Shown piece after piece: positions 26,897 to 40,500 of a stretch of 64,000 nucleotides of DNA. Both the position numbers and the translations under genes were made by a program. Origin of the DNA: Ascidiella aspersa. Its lineage: Eukaryota. The stretch spans positions 33,480,001 to 33,544,000 of the forward strand of contig OZ004608.1 of assembly GCA_963924565.1 (NCBI GenBank). Reading direction: 5' to 3'. The notes under the pieces are model-generated. The model had not been told where the DNA came from and ran no database searches. It worked only from the letters and a program-made list of their open reading frames with translations. Positions within the stretch are counted from its first letter, which is position 1. Every line of letters starts with the position of its first letter.

Positions 26897-28593
26897 CCAA
26901 AATGCCATTTTGTCAAATAATTACGTCATAGCCTACTCATACCGAATTAAATATGTACAAAAGCAGAATTCACGATCTGTTAGATATATTACAGCCTATA
27001 AAAGTTATGATTTGAAACGTTTAACTGGTGTGGGTGCGAGCCACAATAAAAGAATATTTATTGTAAACGAGAAACGGTACAGGAGGTTCTTACGATACAT
27101 TTAATAAATATACCGTAACGTACGCGATCTGGACTCCACAAGTGAACAGCTTAAAAGACTGCTCATTTTAGCTTTAAATGCCCTCACCTAACGGATTCCA
27201 GCTGGCGGTAATTAAATTTCTTAACAATGCGGTTCGGGGACGCAACGAAAAACAGGAAATTCTGGACAATTCACAAAACACGATCAGCCAATATGATGAC
27301 AGTTTAAAATAATGAACACAGGCAGGCATACGTTGACGTCACAATTTACCAGACTGTTTCAAATGAAAGACCGGGGTTTCAACCCGGTAACAATATGGAG
27401 CAAAGATGTTGTCCTGGTCGTGGAAACCTGCCTGATCGACATAGTTTCTACTGTTTAAAAAGTATATTTAAAATCAGGAAAATAAGTTGTCTCGCTTCAT
27501 ATGATTACAATTGCAAATCGTACTTTTATGGTCTAACTCGGAATTTTTCCTCGTTTTATACGATTTGTGCATTTAGTCAAATTACATAGCTTTACTTTTA
27601 TGTTTTCCATACCAGGATCATCGAGAATGTAAATCCCCTTGCTTTTTGCAGAAGAAAAACGGGATGCCGACGACGACGTTTCCTGTGAAGCTTGAGATGC
27701 CTGGAAAAACGACGAAAATGGACTCGGAGGGATGTCTTCTTGCTTGGCCTTCTTTGCCGTCCAATACCCACCGACAGTTTCCAAATTGCTCCCTGGTAGC
27801 CAAGTAGATCCTGACATAACCGCTCCGTCAAATAATTACACAGCTTCCGCAATTAAAATTATCTAAACAGTTCAGCAATTGAAAAAATTATCTAAACATG
27901 TGAAAATCATCTAAACAGTGTGAATAGTTCGAACAGGCTAGCAAAGACTTGCAATCAAATCTGCTATCTGAAAAAAAGAATGACAATAGTTCAATGTACA
28001 TTGTTGATGCAACAATGTGTCGCTTAGCCAAACCTAATTCGCAGAAATTGCTTATTAATGGTGACAATATACGCCAGTCACGCAGCAGCTGTATTGAATT
28101 CCATCTATTGAACAAAAAAAACTAACTGAGGGCCGAATTTTTCCAGGGCCTAAGGCTGTAGCCTTATTAGCCTTATGGTTTTAATCCGGCCCTGCCTATG
28201 GTTAAAATCTTTACCTCGTTTAGGCTACGAAAGAGAATCAATACAAAGCTATCAAAACAAATGTGAAACAAGTACTTTTAATAGCCACTTTGCCGTTGTT
28301 TTAGTTGTTTTAACACGTGGGTCTGACATCCCAAGGGATTGACCTATAGACAGTGCCAATAAAAAGGTAACAAAAAATATATTTATTATGCAAAATACAC
28401 GCAGCAAAATCAAGCAATCAAAAGCTTTGTATGTGTATAGCAATAGCGCAAAAACTGTGTAAATAAGAGCAATAACTAAAAGGCTATACAGGTCAGTTTC
28501 TACTTGCTTAAAAAAACAGCGAAAAACGCGTTAGATGGAAGAAATAGCTAGCTTGTGGTGTTAGGCGAACAAGTAACAAAAAAATACGCTTGT

Positions 28594-31500
28594 TTAAACT
28601 TGAAACGCGGTCGGAACGTAGTCGAAGCTCTTTCGATGCAGAACGGACACAAGGGAAGGATCACGAGCCGCGGCTGGCAAAAAGGCGGGCGAGCTTTCCC
28701 GGGCTGCCAAGGGCCTTCGCTGGTGATCACGCGCCGAGCGCATGTTCGGCATGCTTGAGCGGAGCTGGTTTGCATCATTTGAATCCAGCCGTCGCCTGTA
28801 GGAGGCGCTGTCGTGCAGAGCTGTGGCGTCCACGGAGCGAGCTGAAAGTGCGGCTCTACAGTCCTCGTCGTCGTATTTGGCCAGAGTGCGCATAAGCTGC
28901 TGGTGCTGGCTCGGAAAGCGGCTTTTCAGCAAGCCCTCTTCTAGCTTGGAAGGGCTAGGGGCACGCGCTTTGCTCGTGGTGGGTAGGTCAGCCTTCATTA
29001 GCACGTACCTGAACGAGTATGGAAGTGCGGGGATTAGGTTGGTGGTGTAGCGCGGAAGCTTAAGAACTGGTGTACGACTGTACGGTACTGTTTTTAAACT
29101 TTGTTTTAGTGGGGTTTGACAACATTTTTGACACCTCGCTCAAAACCAAAGTTCTACTTTAATGTTATTCATAAAACGGAATCATAATTTCGCGCACTTC
29201 CGTACAAGGGCACCAATGGAAAAACCGATTCAAAGTTAAAGCCTAATATTTGAGGAAATATAAGTGTAATCGAGCTTAAATTTGATCACATTACAACAAT
29301 TAGGTTTTACAATTGTCGTTTTGAAATGTTACGACAGAATCTTTCTTCAACGTCTAAAATGTATAGAGAGAATCACTTAGAGTAAATCAAACCCAGTGGT
29401 GTAATCAAATTCAGTGTTGTAAATGTAACAAACTTGTAATGACAAAAGTCAATGACCTTACTTAAATGCACCTTGTTTCAAAATGACTTGACTTGGCGGA
29501 ATTCTTTCTGACAATGACTTGGCTTGACAAATGTCTTTTGGATAAATGACTTGGGTTGAAATAAATCGTTTATGTCCTTATGTTTGCACATGAAACAATT
29601 AGCTTGCTATATGTCGCGTTCTAGGTATTTCTAGTTCAGTTATTGCTCATAATCGTACTATTTAACAATTCAAATAGTTAATCGAGGCCCATTTATTTTA
29701 TGACAAGGACGCCACTTGAAGTTGACTTGCTCTAAATACGACTTGACTGGGATTTGATATGGGCAACTGATGACTTGGACTTGGACTTGGCTTATCATTT
29801 ATTCAAACAGACTTGACTTTGACTTAGGTTATGTTACAAATTACCAGACTGGGAATTTAATAATTTCGAAAACGTTTACAACAATAATCCAACTATATTT
29901 GTTAACAGGAACCTGGTTTTCCCTGGTATCGAAGTACTGGAACGCGGCCGGTCGACCAGCAGTTTCTTCGACACCGACACAGCCGGTCGGATCGTGGTGA
30001 CCGAAGTGGGGTTAGGGGGTGCAGGGGTGCCGGCTGGGGCCATCAGGGCGTTGGATTCGGCCGTGCAGGGGCGTCCCTGGGACCCGCTGATGCTGCTGTC
30101 CCCGTCTGTGTCCGGGCTCGGTCGAAAGGAAAATCTGGCGTTTGTAAAATGTATAAAAGTAAAAATAGTATAAATGCCATGGTCAGCACAATAAAAAAAT
30201 CGTTTGAAAAATGTTTTTTTAACTCCACTTTTGTAAAACACCTATATAACTTAAGCTATACATTAAAAAAATATAGGTTTTTTAAAGACTTTTTAATCCG
30301 CAAATCATTTCAAAGATTTTTAAAAAAGTAAAGACTTTGTGGCAACCCTGTTTTAAATTTTTGTTTCAAATGTTTTGATTTTTTTCGTTTTGCTGTTGTT
30401 ATTTGTGAAACTATAAAGCAACTATAAAGAGGGCCGGTCTGTAACCTAGATATGCTGTTGTTCCCAAGCAGAGTTTATATTGAAAAGAAGTTCTAACTTA
30501 TTTGTTTTAATCGAAGTTTCGGCTACCCATACAGGATACCTTCATCTGGGAATGCAAAAAAAAAACATAAAACGCACAGAAAATAGAGACAAAAACGTAA
30601 AATACAACAACTGAGTTGTGCGTCGTCGCCCTTTTTAATTTGCATTTTGTACGATAGTTTTTTATCATTGGGCAACTTTTTTGCCAAGTTCCACGACTGT
30701 TGTCAGATGCTCGCAATTCAAATGTTACATGGTATTGCGTCTTATTTATTTGGTCTGTTTAGCTTTCGTTCGTGATTTCAACTGCTATATAGAAATAGTC
30801 AACTTTTTTAGGAATTAATAGGGTCCTATATTCAAAAAAATGCCGTGATGATTTGCAAAGGCTAAACACAATAAAAGTATAAAGGCCGATTTTGTGTTTG
30901 GGCACATCTTTACAAGTTTTATCAAGTAAAAGCGTCACTGTCGTGTGTTTTCCTGTGCGGCCAAAGAAATCTAACAGTTGTAATAAAGGGAAATAAGTCT
31001 TACCTGTATTTTTTTAGCAGATCACTGTGGGATTTTCGCTCACCCCCAACATGGGTGCTTTGTCGCGACCCCGTCCGACCGAGGGTATCGGCGGCGCTTG
31101 GGGGTCGCGCGGCCGGCGGCGCCGATTCGGCCCTGGTCCCTGGAACCGGCGAAATGATGCCGCTGCGGGCCGGTTTGGGCGCCAGGGCGTCCGACGAAGG
31201 CAAGGCTTCTGATTGGCCGGTTAGTAGAGGCGAGCGCATCACGTGATCTGCTTGACGTGCGTGTTCTTCGTACCAGGCGAACGTGTCTTGGTACATCAGC
31301 TCCTATTTGTAGGAACATTAGGTTAAATTTTATGTTAGACAATATTGGATTACCAAGGTAATGTACCAGAACAGTGTTTGAGGCATTTCGTATTTTTTCT
31401 AATGTGTCTTGACTCTTGGTACGTTAGCTCCTGTATATATATATACAAACGATGCTATTTTTATTTTGTTTAAACATTGGTTTTTATAGTACTTTTTACC

Positions 31501-34500
31501 ATGCGAAGGTGTCTTTCGTACCAGACGATCGTGTCTCCTACATTGTTTTAGATTTTATGTTTAACCCTATTAGATTTCTGAACCTTTTCCCAAGTGTCCG
31601 AGAACAGTGTTCCAGGTATTTGGCATTGTTTTTGAAAGGAAATACTAGTCGTACCAGGCGAGCGTGTCTTGGTTCATTAGCTTCAATTCAAGAAAACTGT
31701 TCCGGTTGTAATTTTGTTTACATTTTTTTAGGATATCTGTACAACCTTTTTTTTCTATCGACAACCAAGCTTTCGCACTTTGTATGGAGAGAGTTTTTGC
31801 AATAACAAATTTAAGTATTTTGGTACTTAAAGACAATCATAATCTGTCTAACAATTTTTTATTGTATTTGTCATGTGCTGAGATTCGCATTTTAACAGTC
31901 ACAAGGTTCAAATGCACCAATCGAATAGTATACAAGTCTAAAGATTTCTTATGTACTTTAAAAATGCTTTCGAGTGTTTCAAAGCAATCGCAGAGAACAC
32001 TTACCGGTCTATGCGAGAGAATCTTGTACTTGCGCTCGTGTTCAAGCACTGTGCGTTTATTTGCGGCCGCGAGGTGTCGCTGTTCCCTCTGTAGCTTCAT
32101 CAATTGATATCGCTTCAGCATTCTCTCCTTAAACACGCGAAGAAAAAGTTTGTTTGCTTGTTAAATCTGATGATTATTCGGAAACAGTTACATCACCCAA
32201 ACGGCCTGAAATCATTGACGTATAAACAGTAGGGCCAAATTTAACTCTTCGAACTTAAAAAAAAACACTATTTATTTTTTTGTTTTTGTGCAAGTCAATT
32301 TGAAGGTGTGCTTACATAGGACGAATGCCAAACTAAAGTAAACATTGCCAAGTTAAGTTCTGTTTTATAAGGGTATGTTTTTGGCGGATACTTAGTTTTA
32401 CGTGGAAGTTTGTATATTTGTTTGACTATAACAGTTGCATTTAGTGTTTCAGGCCAGTGTTTATCTGACAGGATACAAGGTAATTAAAAAACTAAATTTC
32501 AATTTCAATTCTTTATAGTCATCCAAACTCTACTTAACTGAGAAACAAAATAAAAACAAACTAAATCTAAATCCCAGTTCTGTATAGTTATCTAAACGCT
32601 ATTTTTACTCCATTCAAATTAGAAACAACCCAGTGTAGATTGTAAACAATTTTGTTTTCTACATAAGTGTTCGTTTGACGTAAAAGGCGTCGATAAAACA
32701 CGTTTGCGCGCGGACAATTATTTTAATTCAGGTATCCAAGGTGAGATAACGGTAAATTCGTTTTTCTCGAAAGCAAACGAGCCAACGTGACAAAGCACGT
32801 TTTCCTACCTGCCAGCACTCGTCGAAACGCAGACCATCCTTCTTGTAAATTGCCTGGAGGTCGCAATTGACCACATTGGATTCCTTTTCCAGGTCTAAGT
32901 CCTCCGTTGAGGTTTGACTGTACAAAAAATAAGTTTTATTTCAATTCGAAAAACACCGCGGCTGTCCCTTTCCTAATAACGCGGTGTAATGACCTTAGTC
33001 AATGACTTGGCTTGAAATTGGTTTTAGGAAAAGTTTTCTTGCTGGGTACCCTATGCACGGATCTGTAATGTAGCTTGATAATTATTAATTATTGCCAAAG
33101 CCAAAAAGGTCGACATCATCTTAATAAAGACGTTTCGATACGCGCTTTGTGCTTCTTCCATGTTTGTTGCTTGTCAGTTTGCTTGTTAAATATTTACCTT
33201 TGTTTGGTGTTGGCTACGCCTAATATTGCTTAAAAAAAGTTGGTTCTGTTTACGCAAAGCGAAAAACTATGGTTTGAAAACACACTATGGTTTAAACTGC
33301 CCGGTGTTAATGCCCAAATGTCAGTGGTTTACCAAAACAATATATCTGTTTTACCTATTATTCTGATTTTACTTCAACAACTCGTGCATTGTGATTAACT
33401 ATTTTGCTGAATGTTTTTCAAAATGTTCCCATTAGATTTTAAAAAGCTGCTGTTTCGAAGTGCCCTAATATTAAGTGTTGTCATGGCAAATCAAAGTTAT
33501 ACTGTGTCTATATAACCGCACGTCTTTGAGAAATTGTTAATATTCTTACCTGCCTCGCCGCCGTGAAAATCGATCGTAACCAAACAAAGAAGTTCCACCA
33601 ATTTCACTGTAAAGCAATAAAACAACATTGACATTTTGACGTGTGAATAACAATGAATTTGTTGAATCGACAACTTATTTTCAATATGGGCAGCCCTAGA
33701 CAAAGTTTGTTGCCAAAGTCAGTTAATTTACCTTAACCCAGTGCTTTTGAGAAAACAAGCAGATTTAAAACAAATTACTAGGTCATTCTTATGTTGACCC
33801 CTAGCTGGTTGTACAAGAATGACAGCTAACTTTCACGACAAAAGCAAAGAAACATGTACGGTATTGCAAAATAGAAAGGGTACTTAGTTCTTACTCTTTC
33901 CCGCTTTGAAGAAATTTTTCCACCAGCATTTTTGCGAAATCGGCATTTGCAGCTTCATTCTTCTGCCTGTGAAGTAAAACAGTTTGGATTTTATACAAAT
34001 TCGACTTGGAAACACGATCCAAACTGTAACTCTCAACTTAAACAACATTTGTATACGTTTGACTACGTGGCATTGTGACGCAATACACGTACTCTGTTTG
34101 TTTGAATCCGCCAGGACCTTTTGAATCTTCCAGTCCCTTTCCTTCACCTCCCTCGGACCTGTGGTCTTTTTGGGCGAATGTCTCGGGCCTTTTGTTGTAG
34201 GTCATCTGGACCTGGGTTACTGGGCCGCCCGCCTCACCCAAACCACGACCAGTCTGAAAAAATAATTAATTAATTTTGACTAAAAAAATTCGCCGCAAGG
34301 ATGTTTCTTAGATGACCGGTGGTTCACAACGACTTATTCTGTCGGCTCGCCTATGCTGTATATTCCTCTTATGGAGCTGTAAAACAGTTAAAATGTTGTT
34401 TAATGTAATTCAAAACTAAATTTGATAAAATAATAAACTAAACGAAAATTTCAAATAGCTCACTACAGTTTTGTAAATAATTTTGATAAATTTTGACCTA

Positions 34501-37500
34501 ACATTTAAATTTTGACAAAAATTTGACTTTTTTAAACAAGTCAAAAATAATCGCCCTAGTAGTAAGTCATGCTAACACAAAAGTGCCACCAAGCAACATT
34601 AAATGAATAAATAGGTAACTATTTAACAAACTTTGAAATTTCAATTTAATTTCTAATCATTTAATGTTATAAATAATTAAACTAGTGCAGAATGTAATAC
34701 AAAATACCAAATGCAGAACTCTGTGATTGGGCAAAGTTTCAATTTTGTTTACACCAGTATTAAAAGTTAAAAGAACATCACAAATTCATATTCTTTGCTA
34801 TTACCATTGTTCCTTGCTTCCCAGTTGTTGTAGTTGTTTTAGTATCACTTTCGACAAGCATTGGGCCTTCTGGTTCTAAAAAAATACAAAAGGCCAAATT
34901 TATTATGTTTTGTTAAACACACTGATCACATGTACTGTTTAACAAGTAAGTTTACAGCCCAATAATAGAACAACATTACCTTTTAGTTTAGTCGCTGAAG
35001 GAATTTTCCTTTCTGTTGCTGATTTAGACTTTCTGTGAAGTGAAGAACCCGATTTTCTGCTTTGAACTTTTGCCGATTTGTTTCTTTGTGAACCTGAATT
35101 AGGCTCTTTGGGTTAAGCTTCTTGTTACAATAAAGAATAATTTAAATTTACAATGATAAATATTTTTTATTACACCCAAGTAAGGTCAAATTTTAAGTCA
35201 GGGTTTTTTTATTCCTACTGGAGTAGCAAAACAAATAAACATATATATATATATATATAATTTTCTATGATCTACAACTTCTATCTTGGTAATTTTGTGT
35301 AATCCTTGAACTAATTTGTCCAAAACTGTGATCAATAGTAATATGACTTAACATAATAATAAAACTGTATAAAATCAATGTAGGTGAAACTGACCTTTTT
35401 AAATCTCACTTATTGACTTTAAGTTTATTTAATTGTTGTTACAAACGTTGTAACTATGGTGCGAAAATATTTAATCAATAGATATTCTTTGAAAACGTCA
35501 AAAATTTGATTTATTAAACCAATATTAATTTCTTTAAAAAAAGGTTAACTAACAAAACTCCTAATATTTTCTCATAATTCTAAAACCGGATAAAAAACAT
35601 TCTTTAAAAACGTTTTAAAGAAAACATATCAACATGAATAGACATTGTTATGCACTAAACATACCACAATATAAATATAATAAAAATAACAGTATGTACT
35701 TTGTAACCCTGTTCCAGACTATGACAATAAACTAAACTAAAGTGTATTTTATAGATTCGTACACATTAACCTCCTTTCCTTAAACAAATACAGCCCATAC
35801 AATTTCATTCAACACAGACTGGCTTTAACATGGCTAGGGTCCTGTTTATATATAAACAGAGATTAGTCTGGTTGTTTAATGAGGAATGTATGGGGTCTCC
35901 TGTTTGCTGGGTAGTGACAAAACTCTATTCCACTAAACCTCCATTCAGTTCACAAACCCGCATGTCATTCAGGCATTATATTTGTTGCCTTAAACAGACC
36001 TTTCTTATAGCAGTATGTTCCAGCAAAGCGGCATTCAACAATAGAATATGTCGATACTAGAATAACTCTCAAGTTTCATCTGAGGTAGTGTCGTAGCACA
36101 TAATGACACCACATTACAATGTAAACAACATAAACCCTTTGTTTGGCCACACAAGAAAAATCACCCTTTCACCGAATGTCGAGTATCTTTATTTGTTGTA
36201 AGTGCTCCTTGAGATTAAGGGTCTAGCTCTGTTTTTTAAAGTTTTTTTGAAAACTAAGGGTTAGCAATTTCAAGGCAAACAATACACTTTTTTTTTTTTT
36301 TTTAGTTTATTTTAGTTTAAGTGGAATTTTAAAATAATAAAAAAAAGCTACTGACTTACCTGGAAATTTTAATTTAGGTTGTTTTGAAATGTTTTCAGCA
36401 GTAAGCACTTCACTTTCAATCTTTCGTTGATCATGTCTGGTTGGAATTGATGGACCCTTTCCAAATGGTATTTCTTTACCCTACACAATACACATATGCT
36501 CAATTAAAAAATTAAAACAAAGCTTTTAAACTGTCTACCAGCGTACCCTAATTCCTGTAATTTTTCCTGGCACTGGAACATAAGTTAGCTTCTTGCTAAA
36601 AAGAGGCCAAGTGATATTAAGGTAGCAATTTGAAGGATATGGCTTCTTCTGTGCTGGTCTTGTCCCCATCTTCACATTTCATTCAAACAAGTCTGGTACT
36701 GGCAACCACCAGTGAATGTAGCGAAGGAGGCAAATTGACTTTTCAGAAAGCCTCTATAAAAACAAGGCAACACAAGCGAGGCAATTTTTTTCCGGCAACA
36801 CTCCGAATTGTTTTGAGAGCCCCCTTCACAGCTGTATTGCTTGTGGCCACACTTCACACAGGAAAGACAAAGGCAATACATCATTCAGCTAGTCAAAACC
36901 TACTGCTGGTTGGTGGCAGTCAAACTGGGCACAGCTTTCAAATAGCTTACTTCGTGCCTATCTATTCAAGAGCACAAGTTGTCAAAACAAATATTATTTG
37001 GGGACAATAGGCACAATGAAATACTTTTGAAAAGAGATTTTGGTAATTAAAATCTTCCATTGGATTTAGAGTAAAATTGCTTTAAAACAATACAAACAAC
37101 TTGAAAGAAATTGGTTAACAAAACGCAAACACAATAATACTTTAATCAATATTTCCTTGTCAATCTCAATACATTTTAGGAAATACTCGTGATATTATAA
37201 TTATTCACCCAGTTTTAATCAATATTTTGGAGCCAGCGTAAAATATATCTAGAAACACGATACATGGTTTAGTCAATGATTCACTCAACACTATCTCAAG
37301 AAATTCAACAACAACCCAACAATAAAACATTCTGAGCAATATTTTGTCTTGAGATGGTAGTAGCACTACAAGCATGGCTGACTGTTCATATGTTTCCGTT
37401 ACAAATGGCGTGAAAAATATGACAGTATTCACTTGGTTTATGTACTTGGACATGAATCCACCAGTCTACAGAGACATGGTTGCTACTGTTGAACTTGCTG

Positions 37501-40500
37501 TGTTATGCTGTGTATCTGGCTCAGCATTGATGATCAATATTGCTATACTACTTATTACAGCAGCAGACAAGACCCTAAGAAATTACAGGACACATTACTA
37601 TATTGGTAAGAACAATTTTGCAGAAAGCACAACTTTTAAATACTTTAATACTTTGCCGTTTTCATCTTTGTCTATTGCCCATTATATATATGTAATTATA
37701 AAGGAAATATATTTATAAATTTTTCTATAGTATTTTATGTCTGTTTAAATTTTTTTATGAAACAGTTGCTAAAAAAAATAATGACGTAACATTTAAACTG
37801 TTTTGTTTTTTGCAGTTATTATGTCCCTGGTTAACATGCTGTTTGTTGGCATGTCACCAACAGCAGCATCAAGCAGACAAAATACAACTTGGACAAGGGG
37901 AAAAATTTGGTGCAAAATTTCTTTGTATTTACTCGCTATTGTGGGATCAACTTCAATTTGGATTCTGGCTTTCATTAGTATAGAAAGGTAAAAAATGTCT
38001 TAAATTATGACATTTTCCTTATGTAATTCAATATGATTAAAATGACTGTTGTTCGCATTTCAGGTACAGACATGTTTCCACATTTATCCACAAACGTACA
38101 ACTAGGCAAAAAATGTCAATTTTGAGAATTATTTTTACAGTGGTGTTGGTTATATTGCTTTCATGTGTTGCATTTCTACCACTTGTAAACCTATTTGATG
38201 TGTATAAGATCTCTTATAATCAATGCGATGTGGAACCTAGAATGTCAAACAGTACTGATGTAAGTGTGCACAAAAAGCAACTATTCAGCTACCAGTCTCT
38301 ATATATATACATTTTATTTAAAAATTGAAATAGACTTTTTTTTTAGTTTAATTATTTTATTATTCAATAATAAACATTCTTGTTATTTGCAGAGTTATGT
38401 TTGCACAATATTTTGGAAAAGTGGAGAAATATTGTATGCTTGGTTTAGCGTCATTGTGTTATTAATTTACATATTACCTTTGTGCCTGTTATGCTACAAA
38501 TACCAAAAGATTTATGTCATTTTAAGGCTGATGAAAAGCAACACAAGACGTTGGCAACAATCAGAACACATAAGTCCGAAAATTGTCATATTAAAGTTTT
38601 AAAAACGAAAAAATCAATATTACTTTTGGTTTATAGAAAGGAAATTTGAAACTGTGGAAATGAGGGTGGTCAATACACTCCTTGTTCTTGTTGTATTTTA
38701 TGTATTGATGTGGACACCAATTTTTATTACGATAAGTATCATTGTGGTAGCAGATGTAAGTTTACACATAAGTAACATTTTGCTTCTTAATTAAATTTCT
38801 TAGAATAGCTTTGTTATTGTTTTTGTATATGCGAAATAAATTTTTTTAAATGCGAATTTTTTAAAAATTAAAAAAATTTTGAGTTGTAATTTATCCTTGA
38901 TTTAAAAATAAACATTATTTTTTTGCAGCACATCATGACATCATCAGCATTTTATTGGATATTTGTCATGACTCTTAGCAATGCTTTGGTCAGTCCATTG
39001 ATTTATGCTGTGATGAACCGCCGTTTCAATGCGGCATTGCGCAACATTTTTTTAAAGGTCAAAAATAAATGTTCCTGTCGGAATTCAAGAAAGATTTCAC
39101 CGATAGAAGAAAATAACAAAAAAGAGTTTGCCCAGCCAAGCAATATTCAAGTTATTGTAACTCCGCCATAAATGAGTTTTACGTTTGTGAAATATTCTAA
39201 TGTCTTTGTTCTTGGCTATAAATAGAATACACAAATGTTCTTAAAAGTGTTTGGTGTGGTCTAATTCATAAAACTTGGTAAAAGTTGTTTTACCTAAAAG
39301 GTTTAGGATAACGTTCGGGTTAGAATACTTGACAAAAGGCATGTTGACTTACAAAATAATTCAGTTAATACAGTATAGTTGGGATTTTACTTAATTTATC
39401 TTATGTTCAACAGAATACAATAGTGTTTCAAATAAGGTAAGGCATTTTTCATGTTCAACAAGTGCAGATGCGAATTTGCATTCCATAATTTGTTCACAGT
39501 TTTACACAATAAATTGGAACATAGTGTTGTTTGTTGAAACTAAATCAGCAGAGGACAATAATGTATACAGCCTACACAGGCAAGGAGTTGGTAGCTATTT
39601 TACGGTCAGTAGTGACTCAGAATAGTACAGGAATCTTATAACAGACTATTTTTTTCTAGAAATGATATCTTGTTTTTTTGTAGAAATAATGTCTTCCAAA
39701 AAACAATTTTGATGGGTCTTATTAAGGCCATAGATTGTTCTATGTAAACTACTCTGTTACCCATTGACAAAGTAACTGTTTTCCAGGTAATAAACAAACT
39801 TCAATACAAGTCTCTAAAATTAGATAATAAATGTCTTACAGGAAAACCTATTGTCTGAATAGGTGGGGTTGAGACTTTTGCAACTTCAGGGGGTTTGTTC
39901 ACGATAGCTGGGCTACTCTTTCTTCGTGGCTTTAAATTCACAGATGAATCCCTTCTTGTTTTCTTTTTAATGAACTGCATAGAAATAAATGAAATACACA
40001 TAGTTGCTTGATATCTATCATCATAAGATACAAAAAATACCTAAGTATTGTTTATGAAACTAGAAAATAATTTGGCATTTATTGTGAGAAGAGTAAATTG
40101 TGAGTTGGGATACATTCATATGACAAAATAATTAATTAACAATTATGAAAGAAAAAGTCATGTTTTACCCTTGTAGAAGAACGTCTAGATTTTGATGGTT
40201 TCGGTTCTGCTTCTTTGGCGAGCTTTTGTGTAGCAATGACAGCTGTAACGGCAGCCTTCATCAGTGCTTTTGCATTAATTCGTCTTCCTGACAACCTACA
40301 TAAATTAGAGGACATATAATACTCCACATTGTATGTCAGTATTTTTTTTCCAACATTGGTTTGTTGATGGCTGCGCTCTGATTTTATTTATTTGTACTCT
40401 TACAGGAACTGATGATGCCACTTTGGCGAAATATATTTTCCTTTAAACAAAACGTCTGATCCTGTTTTTACTCATGTTTTTAACTATGAGTTTTACTTGT

